Shown one piece after another: positions 1-9,889 of a DNA stretch of 64,000 nt. Numbering within the stretch: the first letter of the stretch is position 1; each line of letters begins with the position of its first letter. Position numbers and translations under genes: made by a program. The stretch spans positions 124,001-188,000 of the IMG/VR virus record IMGVR_UViG_3300022921_000002; one strand, written 5' to 3'. The notes below the pieces were generated by a model that had not been told where the DNA came from, made no database searches, and worked only from the letters and a program-made list of their open reading frames with translations.

Positions 1-776
1 TCCTCAAGTTTATCGAGAACCTTAACGTAACCTTCACGGTCAAAACCGTATGGTACTTCAGTGATTGTCATTGTTGTTTTGGTTGGTTTACTGAAAACAC
101 CATTAACAGAATACTTATCTTCGATAGAATCATATGTAACTGTACCATTGAAATCAGGAAAGGACACTGGAAGTCTTCTCGATATGTTACCACTCGACAA
201 GTATTCATCGCAAGCACGAGAGAGATCGTTTTTTGATCGCGGAAGAATGTTTGTTGCGAAACCAGTTGCAATTCCTTTAGTTCCATTTGCCAATACCAAA
301 GGAATAACTGGCAGGTAGAATGCTGGCGGCTCATGCTCAGGATCATTATGTTCAGGTGACAATTCCAAATCTTTGATATATGTTTTGAAATTTTCATGGA
401 CACGAGTATATACATAACGTGCCGCACCAGGTTCTTGAACAAGTCGAGTACCAAATGACCCACGGCCTTCAACTAAACAAATATTGTTATTCCATGTTGC
501 TGCCATCAATTGACCGGCACCTGCCGCTGATGTTTCACCGTGGTTGTAGCCGTAATCAGAAATGATACCAGCAACAGCAGATACCTTTTTGAAATCTGAT
601 TTAGAGTTTAGCAATGAGGAGTACAAATAAAACCGTTGTACTGGTTTCAACCCATCAATCATATTTGGGATTGCTCTCGACTCAACCGTATACATTGCAA
701 ATGATAACCATTCGTTTTTAGCAACGGCGCTAATTGGGTATTGGTGTTGATCTTCAACAAAATCTAAAACGCTCAT
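1..776 (-). CDS. 52: DNA topoisomerase II medium subunit (gp52), N-terminal part; runs off window start
   Basis: Not in the ORF track; hand translation from ATG at 776 gives MSVLDFVEDQHQYPISAVAKNEWLSFAMYTVESRAIPNMIDGLKPVQRFY...VEGRGSFGTRLVQEPGAARYVY (DGLKPVQR motif and active-site AARY). Confidence 0.93.
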   Translation of the reverse strand, partial: MSVLDFVEDQHQYPISAVAKNEWLSFAMYTVESRAIPNMIDGLKPVQRFYLYSSLLNSKSDFKKVSAVAGIISDYGYNHGETSAAGAGQLMAATWNNNICLVEGRGSFGTRLVQEPGAARYVYTRVHENFKTYIKDLELSPEHNDPEHEPPAFYLPVIPLVLANGTKGIATGFATNILPRSKNDLSRACDEYLSSGNISRRLPVSFPDFNGTVTYDSIEDKYSVNGVFSKPTKTTMTITEVPYGFDREGYVKVLDKLE

Positions 777-811
777 AGTAATTCCTTTATGATTCTATCC
801 ATTCTACAACA

Positions 812-964
812 TTAAACCTGGTTTGTCAACCGATAATTACAGTACACCATCCAACCTTCATAAGCAAAGTATGCCATGATGGGTCCAATGAATGGTGCAA
901 AGAATAGGTTGAGCATTATCCATGCAAACAAAATAGCTAACAATATGTCATACCATAAAATCAT
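812..964 (-). CDS. small hydrophobic membrane protein, 50 aa
   Basis: Hand-translated MILWYDILLAILFAWIMLNLFFAPFIGPIMAYFAYEGWMVYCNYRLTNQV; ATGA overlap with the gp39 stop. Confidence 0.6.
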   Translation of the reverse strand: MILWYDILLAILFAWIMLNLFFAPFIGPIMAYFAYEGWMVYCNYRLTNQV

Positions 965-2790
965 GCGAACATATACTCCTTACGCAAGGTTGAGTCTTTA
1001 CCGAACATCATTTGGAATACTGATGCATCATCAACCGTAACCGTATCATAAACCGGTTTATTAATAATGGTATCATATTCATCTTCGGTCAAGCTGCCTA
1101 GGCCTTTGATATAACGGTGCTTCCAATTTGTTTGTTCTTGTTTGAACTTTGAAGCATCTTCATATGTGTAGAACCATTTAATGTCTTTGCCTTTAGTTGA
1201 AATCATAATTGGAGTACGTGTGATTTTAACACGTTTCTCAGATAACAACCGCGGCCAAAATTTGTAAAAGAATGCAATCAGCAACGGACTGATGTGGCCA
1301 ATACCATCGTGGTCAGCATCGGTTAATGTTGCAATTGATTCATATGACATATTATCAATAGAATTTGGATTGTTAATGTCGAGGTTTAGAACCGCAACCA
1401 ATTCTGACAATTCTTTGTTCTTTAGCACATCCGCAGGTTTCATATCCCACGTGTTCATAATAACACCACGCAATGGATATGCACCAACCGTATCAGGATC
1501 ACGTACTTTGAGTAAGAAACCCATTGCCGAGTCACCTTCAACAATTTTCAGTGTTGAGTTTGGTTTGTTAGCAGAGATGTGCTTTGCAACTTTGACTTTT
1601 CTCAAATTCTTTTGAGCAATTGTAGCGGCACGTTTATCAGCAGCCTGTTTCTTTGCAAGCTGTGCTTCGATAATTGGTTCAATAATTGACGGTGTTGCCA
1701 TGATCTTACGAGCAAAGAATAAAGCATCTTTTACGTTTGCTTCTGTGTAGTGTTCTTTGACATTACCCATTGGGTTTGTTAACCGTTCCTTTGTTTGAGA
1801 ATCAAACTTTGGATTGGTGAAGTTTCGAGCAAACATAACCATGGTCAAACCATTTTTAATTGTCATATTACCGACTTCAATACGGTGTTTCCGTTTAATC
1901 ATAACAGCCAATTGAGTAATTACGTTATGCATTATCCAATCAACATAAGTACCACCTTGACGAGTATTCACACCATTAACAAATGAGTTTGAACGGAACC
2001 CATCAACTGAACCCGCAAAGAAAAAGGATAAGTTGTATGATTTCTCAATGATAACATCACTGCCATCTTTTACAAACATATCGGCATATTTTTTGAGGTT
2101 GTTGACCTTAATACGTTTCTTATTAAACGAAAACGAGATCTCAGGAAATGCCATTTGCAATGAAATCAACCGATCTTCAAGTAATACAATTGTATCAAGT
2201 TCAGAAAGGTTATTAACTTCAAACAAGTCAAAGTCAGGTATAAATGATACCTCAGTACCATTGCCTTCACGTTGACCATTCTTTTCATTAATAGTCTCGG
2301 CACCGTTCTTACATTCAACAATAAGCATATTGTTATTTGACCAAGTCTTACCGACAAATTTCTTTGATAGGAAATTGGTTGCCGCTGAACCGACACCGTT
2401 TGTACCGATTGTTACGCGTTCATCATCAAACGATGTACCAGCATTAACTCTTGTCCATGCCGCAGTTGCTCGAGCAATTTTTGTATCGGATGTTTCATCG
2501 TACACCAGTTCTTGTGGAATACCACGACCGTTGTCCGTAACGATTACTTTATCATCGGTCACAGATACATTAATACGGTTTGCGAATTTGAAATTTGTAC
2601 GAATTGCTTCATCAAGTGAGTTGTCGAGTATCTCATCAATCATTTTTGACAATGCAGGTACGTATGTGGCATTTTTCCACTCACCGAGAACAAACCGCTC
2701 AACCTGTTCTTTTGCACTTGAACCCATATACATTCCGATACGTTCACGGACGTGTTGGCGAGCAGTTAAAATTTTAAATTGTTCAGACAT
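961..2790 (-). CDS. 39: DNA topoisomerase II large subunit (fused gp39+gp60)
   Basis: GHKL motifs EILDNSLDE, DNGRGIP, GTNGVGS; TOPRIM VEGDSA, PLRG, TDADHDG; C-terminal YIKGLGSL. Confidence 0.96.
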   Translation of the reverse strand: MSEQFKILTARQHVRERIGMYMGSSAKEQVERFVLGEWKNATYVPALSKMIDEILDNSLDEAIRTNFKFANRINVSVTDDKVIVTDNGRGIPQELVYDETSDTKIARATAAWTRVNAGTSFDDERVTIGTNGVGSAATNFLSKKFVGKTWSNNNMLIVECKNGAETINEKNGQREGNGTEVSFIPDFDLFEVNNLSELDTIVLLEDRLISLQMAFPEISFSFNKKRIKVNNLKKYADMFVKDGSDVIIEKSYNLSFFFAGSVDGFRSNSFVNGVNTRQGGTYVDWIMHNVITQLAVMIKRKHRIEVGNMTIKNGLTMVMFARNFTNPKFDSQTKERLTNPMGNVKEHYTEANVKDALFFARKIMATPSIIEPIIEAQLAKKQAADKRAATIAQKNLRKVKVAKHISANKPNSTLKIVEGDSAMGFLLKVRDPDTVGAYPLRGVIMNTWDMKPADVLKNKELSELVAVLNLDINNPNSIDNMSYESIATLTDADHDGIGHISPLLIAFFYKFWPRLLSEKRVKITRTPIMISTKGKDIKWFYTYEDASKFKQEQTNWKHRYIKGLGSLTEDEYDTIINKPVYDTVTVDDASVFQMMFGKDSTLRKEYMFA

Positions 2791-2819
2791 ATAGAATCAT
2801 TCCTTAGTTATCTTATACC

Positions 2820-2848
2820 ATACTAACAAAGTTTTCAGAACTTGTCAA
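2820..2848 (-). promoter_or_regulatory. sigma70-type early/middle promoter for gp39
   Basis: Minus strand TTGACA (2848-2843), 17-nt spacer, TAGTAT (2825-2820). Confidence 0.65.
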
Positions 2849-3547
2849 CTACTTTTTTGTTAGGTAAATCATAAACTCGCCCCGCATGGCATGAATATCA
2901 GCATCATTCCATATCCGAGTTTTCATTGTATCTTCCATGAAATTCATATCAAATTGCAATGTATCAATAAGGGGTCGAAGAAATTGTTCTCTAAATTTAA
3001 TGAATTTTTGAGGACCATCAGTTGATGCTCGAAGGTGACACTCAACCGCAATGTGTTTTACATTATTAATACAGAAGTCGAGATTTTCCTTTGATAAGAC
3101 ATCATATTCTCCGCCTTCGCAATCAATTTTAAGATAGTCGATTTTATCAATATTGAATCTGTCAAGGAAATATGCAAATGATTTTACTTCAAACTCATCG
3201 GTATAAAATACGTTATCAGTATGACCCATTTCTGAACCAATTGCGTATGGGATAGGTACAACTTTTTGTTCAGGCTCGTCTATTACATACTGCCATGTAT
3301 TATTTACGATTGCTTTTAAAAATTTTGGGTTAGGTTCAATCGCATAAACCTTTTTAGCACCTCGGTCGAGAGCATGGGCAGTAAACATACCAACGCATGC
3401 TCCTACATCCACACATATATCACCGGGTTGTACCTTATACCACCATTCATAATCTTTTCGGACAAAAAATTCTCTATGCATTGTAGCTACGCTTACCATA
3501 CACAAATCACTCGTATCCATAAATAAATTCAATGCTTTGCCGCTCAT
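2849..3547 (-). CDS. FkbM-family SAM-dependent methyltransferase (copy 1)
   Basis: VDVGACVGMFT motif I, VYAIEPNP, DYLKIDCEGGEY. Confidence 0.85.
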   Translation of the reverse strand: MSGKALNLFMDTSDLCMVSVATMHREFFVRKDYEWWYKVQPGDICVDVGACVGMFTAHALDRGAKKVYAIEPNPKFLKAIVNNTWQYVIDEPEQKVVPIPYAIGSEMGHTDNVFYTDEFEVKSFAYFLDRFNIDKIDYLKIDCEGGEYDVLSKENLDFCINNVKHIAVECHLRASTDGPQKFIKFREQFLRPLIDTLQFDMNFMEDTMKTRIWNDADIHAMRGEFMIYLTKK

Positions 3548-3561
3548 TATTGTCTCCTATA

Positions 3562-3627
3562 TTATAAGTTGCCAATCCAATGGCTGCAATCATCACACGG
3601 GTCGTCCCACAAATATACGGGCTCCAT
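3562..3627 (-). CDS. putative 21-aa micropeptide with CxxC-H (MEPVYLWDDPCDDCSHWIGNL)
   Basis: Hand-translated; GGAAAG upstream of ATG; lies between a minus-strand AATAAATA late-promoter motif and the FkbM gene. Confidence 0.45.
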   Translation of the reverse strand: MEPVYLWDDPCDDCSHWIGNL

Positions 3628-3658
3628 GCACTTTCCACTTTTGGTTGTTGATGTTGGC

Positions 3659-3673
3659 TATTTATTATAAATA
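3659..3673. promoter_or_regulatory. back-to-back T4-type late promoters
   Basis: Plus-strand TATAAATA at 3666-3673 before gp3; minus-strand AATAAATA at 3666-3659. Confidence 0.7.
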
Positions 3674-3716
3674 CTCATACTAACTGATTCTATATAAATG
3701 TCAATAGGAAAATACC

Positions 3717-4205
3717 ATGCAAACAAATTATCTTGATCCAACCTCCTTTAAGGTTGCAGTTTCACGCCTTCCAAATGTTGAGTTTTTTACTCGACGAACA
3801 ATTATCCCAGGTGTTACAATGTCACCCGTGGCACGGCCATCACCTATTAGGAATTTATATGAGACCGCGGATCGACTCGAATATGCTGAACTTGATCTAA
3901 GTTTTGTGGTTGATGAAAATATGGCAAATTATCAGGAAATCCTATATTGGATGGAATCATTAGGCAAATCAGAAACGACTGATCAGTTTGCTCGTTTGGA
4001 AAAAGCAGATGAGGGCATCGTATCCGATGTTACTATTATTGTCGAGAACAGTAGTAAAAACCCAAATATGCTGTTTACGTTTACCGATTGTTTCCCAACA
4101 ATTTTATCACCGTTAAGCCTTGATATAACACAACAAGATATTGTATATCCCGAGGCAACAGTTACAATGAGACATAACGGATTTAAACTCACACAAGTTA
4201 GTTGA
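3717..4205 (+). CDS. 3: tail-tube terminator / tail completion protein (gp3-like)
   Basis: NYLDPTSFKV..RLPNVEFF...IPGV, tube-like fold motifs; canonical gp3-uvsY-uvsW order; late promoter upstream. Confidence 0.8.
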   Translation: MQTNYLDPTSFKVAVSRLPNVEFFTRRTIIPGVTMSPVARPSPIRNLYETADRLEYAELDLSFVVDENMANYQEILYWMESLGKSETTDQFARLEKADEGIVSDVTIIVENSSKNPNMLFTFTDCFPTILSPLSLDITQQDIVYPEATVTMRHNGFKLTQVS

Positions 4206-4259
4206 CAAAATTCTAATTCTGTGTTAGAATCATATATGATTGAAATAGTGAGGTAAAGA

Positions 4260-4697
4260 ATGAGTACTGATGATATAAGTGCGTTATGGTCGGTTGACTG
4301 CAAAATTGACGAAACAAATTTAGCCGGTGAATCAAAAAGAATTCCTGAGCTACATAACAAGTATTACAATTTATATTACAAAGAAGCACTTAAAGTTAAA
4401 AAGCTTAAGGCTGATTATAAAGAATTGGAAATGGCAAAGACTGAATGGTTTGATGGTTCTATGGCAATGGAAGATTTAGCCGAGCGAGGTTGGAAACCAT
4501 ACCAAAAGAAAATTATTAGACAGGATATGAATAAATATCTACAAGCGGATAAGGATATTATTAATTTAAGTTTAAAAATTGATTATCATTCTGCACGTGC
4601 TAACTTTCTTGAAGATATTATTAAAACCATTCATAGTAGAAATTTTATTGTAAAAAATATTATTGATATTATGAAATTCCAAGCAGGAGATTATTAA
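4260..4697 (+). CDS. uvsY: recombination mediator UvsY
   Basis: WSVDCKIDETNL..ES.RIPELHNKY; C-terminal LEDIIKTIHSRNF.VKN.ID.MKFQAG. Confidence 0.9.
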   Translation: MSTDDISALWSVDCKIDETNLAGESKRIPELHNKYYNLYYKEALKVKKLKADYKELEMAKTEWFDGSMAMEDLAERGWKPYQKKIIRQDMNKYLQADKDIINLSLKIDYHSARANFLEDIIKTIHSRNFIVKNIIDIMKFQAGDY

Positions 4698-4960
4698 TGA
4701 CAGAAATTACTAATGTATATGGGCATCCTGCTATTTACCCAAATTCTGAAAACATTAAACCTCCATTGGAAAAAGAACGGCTTCGTGTGGTTGAAGCAGC
4801 TACACGCACTGAACTTGAACTCAATCAAATCAAAGAAATTGAAGAACGGGTTGAAGAGATAAATACACTCAAACAACAGGCAATAGCCCGCTATGACCCA
4901 TACGGTAATGCTGTTCCTATTGCTCATACTGAAGGTGAATTTGTAAATATTGAAGTATAG
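4697..4960 (+). CDS. hypothetical protein
   Basis: 87-aa ORF overlapping the uvsY stop; no recognised motif. Confidence 0.6.
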   Translation: MTEITNVYGHPAIYPNSENIKPPLEKERLRVVEAATRTELELNQIKEIEERVEEINTLKQQAIARYDPYGNAVPIAHTEGEFVNIEV

Positions 4961-4966
4961 GATGAT

Positions 4967-6460
4967 ATGACTGAAATTGTTAATGTAGAACCAATTAATG
5001 CGGTTCATATGAAAGTAACTGCTGATCCGTCAACACGGCAAGAGATTATGAATTATTTCTCGTTTCGACCTGACGGCTATCAATTTGTGCCTTCATATAA
5101 GAACCGTGTGTGGGATGGATATATTCGTTTGTATCAACCAATGCGTCCTACGTTATATGTAGGTCTATTATCTTACCTCCAAAAATTCTGTGAAGATCGA
5201 GAGTATCAACTCAATATTGATGGTGAGTTATATGACCAAGAACCTGTTCCTGATGATTATGGATACGAAATTGCTCGTGAGATCAGCTGTAAATTTGAAC
5301 CACGTGATTATCAAAACGAGTACATTGTAAATGCTATTCGTAATAACAGATCACTTTCAGTATCACCAACCTCCTCGGGTAAATCGTTAATAATCTATTT
5401 ACTACAACAACATTATCATCAAGCATATGGTCACCGTACTTTGATTATTGTTCCGACAATTTCATTGGTATATCAGATGCAAGGTGACTTTGCAGATTAT
5501 GGTTGTGATCCTAAAGACATCTATACAATTAAAGGTGGTGTGGATAAGAACACTAATGCACCTATTGTTATATCAACATGGCAGTCACTTATTAAATTAC
5601 CTAAGGCATGGTTTGACCAATTTCGTGTTGTCCTTGGTGATGAAGCTCACTTGTTCCAGGCAAAATCACTCACTAAGATTATGGAAAAGTTGACCGACTG
5701 TAAATATCGCCATGGATTTACCGGTACATTGAAAGCATCAGAATCAAAAACACACCGACTTGTTCTTGAAGGATGTTTCGGGCAGGTAAAGAAATTTGTA
5801 TCAACAAAAGATTTGATGGACGCAGGTACTGTCGCTGACTTTAATGTTAAGGCAATTGTATTGAACTATACACCTGAGACCAAAAAGGATTTCAGAAAAG
5901 CATTGAGATCTGTTCAAGATACAAGCCGTAAGTATCCCGCAGAACGTGAGTTCATTATTAATAACAATAAAAGAAATATATTCATTCGGAACTTACTTTG
6001 GTCACTTAAAGATCAGAATAATCTTGTATTATTTGATCTCGTTGAAAAACATGGTAAAGTGTTAGAGCCACTCCTTCGGAGAGACGACCGTTGCTTGCAT
6101 TTTGTATATGGTGGAACTAAAGGTGATGAGCGTGAGCGGATTAGAAATCTCGTAGAAAATGATCCAGTTAAACAGCACGATATCCTTGCATCCTATGGTG
6201 TATTTTCGACTGGCGTCAACCTTAAGAAACTCGATAATGTGATATTTGCATCTGGTTCTAAATCTGAAATTAAAGTATTACAATCAATTGGACGCGCACT
6301 CCGTAAGGGTAATGATGCGGACAAGGCAACACTATATGATATTACCGATGATTTATCTTCAGGATCATTTGAAAACTATACTCTGAAACATTTCCGCAAA
6401 CGCATTGAAATATATGGATCCGAACAATTTAATTATAAAATTTATACTGTTAACATATAA
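4967..6460 (+). CDS. uvsW: SF2 DNA helicase UvsW
   Basis: SPTSSGKS Walker A, GDEAH, GFTGT, QSIGRALR. Confidence 0.95.
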   Translation: MTEIVNVEPINAVHMKVTADPSTRQEIMNYFSFRPDGYQFVPSYKNRVWDGYIRLYQPMRPTLYVGLLSYLQKFCEDREYQLNIDGELYDQEPVPDDYGYEIAREISCKFEPRDYQNEYIVNAIRNNRSLSVSPTSSGKSLIIYLLQQHYHQAYGHRTLIIVPTISLVYQMQGDFADYGCDPKDIYTIKGGVDKNTNAPIVISTWQSLIKLPKAWFDQFRVVLGDEAHLFQAKSLTKIMEKLTDCKYRHGFTGTLKASESKTHRLVLEGCFGQVKKFVSTKDLMDAGTVADFNVKAIVLNYTPETKKDFRKALRSVQDTSRKYPAEREFIINNNKRNIFIRNLLWSLKDQNNLVLFDLVEKHGKVLEPLLRRDDRCLHFVYGGTKGDERERIRNLVENDPVKQHDILASYGVFSTGVNLKKLDNVIFASGSKSEIKVLQSIGRALRKGNDADKATLYDITDDLSSGSFENYTLKHFRKRIEIYGSEQFNYKIYTVNI

Positions 6461-6606
6461 TATTGTTTATAGAGCATAAATGCTATTATACACAGTCTGG
6501 AATATTTGTCAATAGTTAATTTCAGTTATGTTAGAAAAAAAATCCATTGACAATACCACAGAGTTGCGATATATTAAAACTAATCTCAGTAAAGGAGGAT
6601 ACCGTA

Positions 6607-7119
6607 ATGGGAAAACCTACGAAACCTCGTAAGAAAAATTACGTCAACAATAAAGACTTATATGAAGCATTGATTGCATACAAAGGACGGATTAAAGAAG
6701 CAGAGGACAGTGGTGATGAAATTCCACGTGTTCCTGACTATATCGGCAAATGCATTTATCAGATCGCAACACGATTGGCAACTAAACCAAATTTTAGTGG
6801 CTATTCGTATAAGGAAGATATGATTAGTGACGGTATTGAGAATTGTCTACAATATATTAATAACTTTAATCCTGAGAAATCTCAAAACCCGTTTGCTTAC
6901 TTCACACAAATTATTTGGTTCGCATTTCTACGCCGTATTCAAAAAGAAAAGAAGCAAATGTATATTCGTTTTAAATCATCTCAACAAATGCTTGCATCAG
7001 GTGGTACCTATACAGGTGAAGATGTAACTCTTAACTTAACAACAAATGCTGATTATATGAACTCGTTCGTTCAGGATTTTGAAGATAAGTTGGCTAAGGA
7101 TAAAGCGAAAAAGAAATGA
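6607..7119 (+). CDS. 55: late sigma factor gp55
   Basis: NYVNNKDL...IG.CIYQIA.RLATKPNFSGYSYKEDMISDGIENC..YINNFNPEKSQNPFAYFTQI. Start moved to ATG 6607 (GGAGG RBS); the track's TTG start is the -35 hexamer. Confidence 0.95.
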   Translation: MGKPTKPRKKNYVNNKDLYEALIAYKGRIKEAEDSGDEIPRVPDYIGKCIYQIATRLATKPNFSGYSYKEDMISDGIENCLQYINNFNPEKSQNPFAYFTQIIWFAFLRRIQKEKKQMYIRFKSSQQMLASGGTYTGEDVTLNLTTNADYMNSFVQDFEDKLAKDKAKKK

Positions 7120-8180
7120 AAATAGCAATTATTACTGATATGCACATTGGTGTACGTGGTGACTCTAAAGTATTTCTGGATCATCAGGAAAGGTTCTTTA
7201 ATGAAGTATTCTTTCCGTATATTGATGAGCACAACATTAAAACAGTACTCGATTTAGGTGATACGTTTGACCGACGCAAGTTTGTTAATTACGTTACGCT
7301 TGACCGTGCTAAAAAGATGTTTTTTGACCAGCTAGCAAAACGTGAGATTGAATACCACGCAATCGTTGGTAATCATTCGGTATACTATACAAATACAAAC
7401 GAAATCAATTCAATGCGGTTGTTACTTCAAGAATATAGCAAGTTCCATATTTACGAAAGTAAACCTGTTGAGTTGACATTTGGCTCAACCGATGTTATAA
7501 TGGTTCCATGGATTACAAAAGATAATTCAGAAGACACTATGACTACAATGGCAGAATCAAAAGCAAATATTTGTATGGGTCACTTTTCAATCCAAGGATT
7601 TGAAATGCTCAAAGGAGCTATCAATGACCACGGGTTGACGCGTGAAATCTTTACACATTTTGAACAAGTATACTCAGGACACTTTCATCATCCATCAGAA
7701 TATGGAAATATCAAATATCTTGGTGCACCATATGAAATGACTTGGTCGGATTATGAAGGTCGACGTGGTTTCCGTGTTCTTGATACTGAAACACGTGAGC
7801 TTGAATGGGTTCTTAATCCATATGCGGTATATAATAAAATTGACTATGATGATACCGATATGACAATTGAAGATATTGCTAACCTTGATGTTTCGGCAAT
7901 TAAAGATACATACATTAAAGTAATCGTAAAGACAAGATCAAATCCGTATATCTATGATCTGTTTATGAATAAGCTTACCGACTCGGGTGCTGCCGATGTA
8001 AAAGCAATTGAGGACTCGTTAAACCTTGAAGATGCAGGAGTTGATGAGATCCTAGATGAAACAAAAGACACAAAGGATATTTTACATCAATATATTGAAT
8101 CAATTGATACAAGTGTTGATAAAGGAAATATTCTTAAAGTAATTGATGAGTTATATATTGAGGCACAGCAGATAGCATGA
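7116..8180 (+). CDS. 47: recombination endonuclease gp47 (Mre11/SbcD-like)
   Basis: ITDMHIG, LGDTFD, VGNH, MGH, SGHFH metallophosphoesterase motifs. Confidence 0.95.
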   Translation: MKIAIITDMHIGVRGDSKVFLDHQERFFNEVFFPYIDEHNIKTVLDLGDTFDRRKFVNYVTLDRAKKMFFDQLAKREIEYHAIVGNHSVYYTNTNEINSMRLLLQEYSKFHIYESKPVELTFGSTDVIMVPWITKDNSEDTMTTMAESKANICMGHFSIQGFEMLKGAINDHGLTREIFTHFEQVYSGHFHHPSEYGNIKYLGAPYEMTWSDYEGRRGFRVLDTETRELEWVLNPYAVYNKIDYDDTDMTIEDIANLDVSAIKDTYIKVIVKTRSNPYIYDLFMNKLTDSGAADVKAIEDSLNLEDAGVDEILDETKDTKDILHQYIESIDTSVDKGNILKVIDELYIEAQQIA

Positions 8181-9889
8181 AGATTGTATTTAAAGAAGTT
8201 CGTTATAAAAACTTGTTATCTTCGGGTAATTCATGGACGGTTATTCCATTAAATCTCAGCAGAACCACACTTATTAGTGGTACAAACGGTAGCGGTAAAT
8301 CAACATTACTTGATGCTATCGTATTTGGTTTGTATGGCAAAGCATTCCGTAAAGTTAATAAAGCACAATTGATTAATAGTATTAACGGCCGTGAAACTGT
8401 TGTTGAGATAGCATTTCAGATCGGTCAGAATAACTTTATGATCCGTCGTGGTATTAAGCCAAATATCTTTGAGATATGGAAAAACGGTGAAATGATTAAT
8501 CAGGATGCTGCCTCACGTGACTATCAGGCATATCTTGAACAAAACATTTTAAACTTAAATTATAAATCGTTTAATCAAATTGTTGTATTGGGTTCAGCAA
8601 CATATGTTCCTTTTATGGAATTACCTGCTCATACACGCCGTGATATTATTGAAGACCTATTAGACATTCAGGTATTCAGTACAATGAATTTATTACTTAA
8701 AGATAAAGTTAATTCAAACAAAGAACAGATCACTGAAAACAGTTATCAAATGGATTTAACCGAATCAAAATTGAGCCAAGCAAAGGAACACAATGCATCA
8801 ATTCGTAAAATTCGAGAAGCTGAAGTGGACAAAGTTCGGCTTAAAATGTCCGAGCACATTGCAAAAATTGAAGGAGAAACAGAAAGCATTGGAATTCTCC
8901 AGGATAATATTACAACCCTCACATCCACAATATCCGATAAAGCTTCCCAAAAGTCTAAATTGGAAAAAGCAAAAAGCATTAGGCGAGATCTCGAATCATC
9001 ACTACGTGGACATGCAAAAGAATTAGCATTTTACCATGACCATGATAATTGCCCAACCTGTAAGCAAGGTATTGAGCATACGTTTAAAGAAAACATTATC
9101 ACTGAAAAAAGTAAAAAGCAAACTGAAATTGAAACAGCGTTGGTGCAACTTGCAGAAAAGGCAAAAGAATATACTGATAGGATTGAAGAGATCTCTAAGG
9201 TTGAGGATGTAATAACCGACCTAAACTTGACTATTGGTGAACACCGTGCTACTATTAAAATGTCAAAATCTGCATTGGTATCATATAAAAATGAATTGAC
9301 ACAAGCAGAGGCTGAACTCGAAGAAGTTGATACTTCAAAGCTGCAGCAATATGCCGACGCACTTACCAATTATGAGGTTGAGCAAACCGATCTGTTTAAC
9401 CATAAAGAAGTACTCAATATTGTTCAAACAATGCTACGTGATGGCGGTATTAAAACGCGGATCATCCGTCAATATATTCCAGTAATGAATAAACTGATTA
9501 ATAAGTACCTTGGTGCCTTTGACTTGTTTGTTGACTTTCAACTTGATGAAAATTTTAATGAGGTTATCAAATCAAGGTTCCGTGACCAATTCTCGTATGC
9601 TTCGTTTTCTGAAGGAGAAAAGCTACGTATTACCTTATCAATTATGTTAGCATGGCGTTCAGTTGCCAAACTACGCAATTCAGTTTCAACCAATCTATTG
9701 TTACTTGATGAAACACTTGACGGTGCACTCGACTCGGTAGGTATTGAAAATCTGATTGATACATTACACAATCTTAATTCAGATGATAATATTTTTGTTA
9801 TTAGTCATCGGGGTCATCAGTTTGGAGACAAGTTTGATTCCCATATCCGTTTTCAGAAAATAAAGAATTTTAGTGAGATCACAGCATGA
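8177..9889 (+). CDS. 46: recombination ATPase gp46 (Rad50/SbcC-like)
   Basis: GTNGSGKST, zinc hook CPTC, FSEGEK signature, LLDE, ISHR. Confidence 0.96.
   Translation: MKIVFKEVRYKNLLSSGNSWTVIPLNLSRTTLISGTNGSGKSTLLDAIVFGLYGKAFRKVNKAQLINSINGRETVVEIAFQIGQNNFMIRRGIKPNIFEIWKNGEMINQDAASRDYQAYLEQNILNLNYKSFNQIVVLGSATYVPFMELPAHTRRDIIEDLLDIQVFSTMNLLLKDKVNSNKEQITENSYQMDLTESKLSQAKEHNASIRKIREAEVDKVRLKMSEHIAKIEGETESIGILQDNITTLTSTISDKASQKSKLEKAKSIRRDLESSLRGHAKELAFYHDHDNCPTCKQGIEHTFKENIITEKSKKQTEIETALVQLAEKAKEYTDRIEEISKVEDVITDLNLTIGEHRATIKMSKSALVSYKNELTQAEAELEEVDTSKLQQYADALTNYEVEQTDLFNHKEVLNIVQTMLRDGGIKTRIIRQYIPVMNKLINKYLGAFDLFVDFQLDENFNEVIKSRFRDQFSYASFSEGEKLRITLSIMLAWRSVAKLRNSVSTNLLLLDETLDGALDSVGIENLIDTLHNLNSDDNIFVISHRGHQFGDKFDSHIRFQKIKNFSEITA

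Noticed and set aside
61-472. Track ORFs 61-318 (+) and 68-472 (-)
   Set aside because: Alternative frames over gp52, whose true frame runs off the window and was missed by the track.
6547-6606. Extended N-termini in the ORF track (also 25945, 22633, 45939, 57566, 39115)
   Set aside because: These upstream starts fall in promoter hexamers, hairpins or the previous gene; downstream ATGs fit the RBS or homologous start better.
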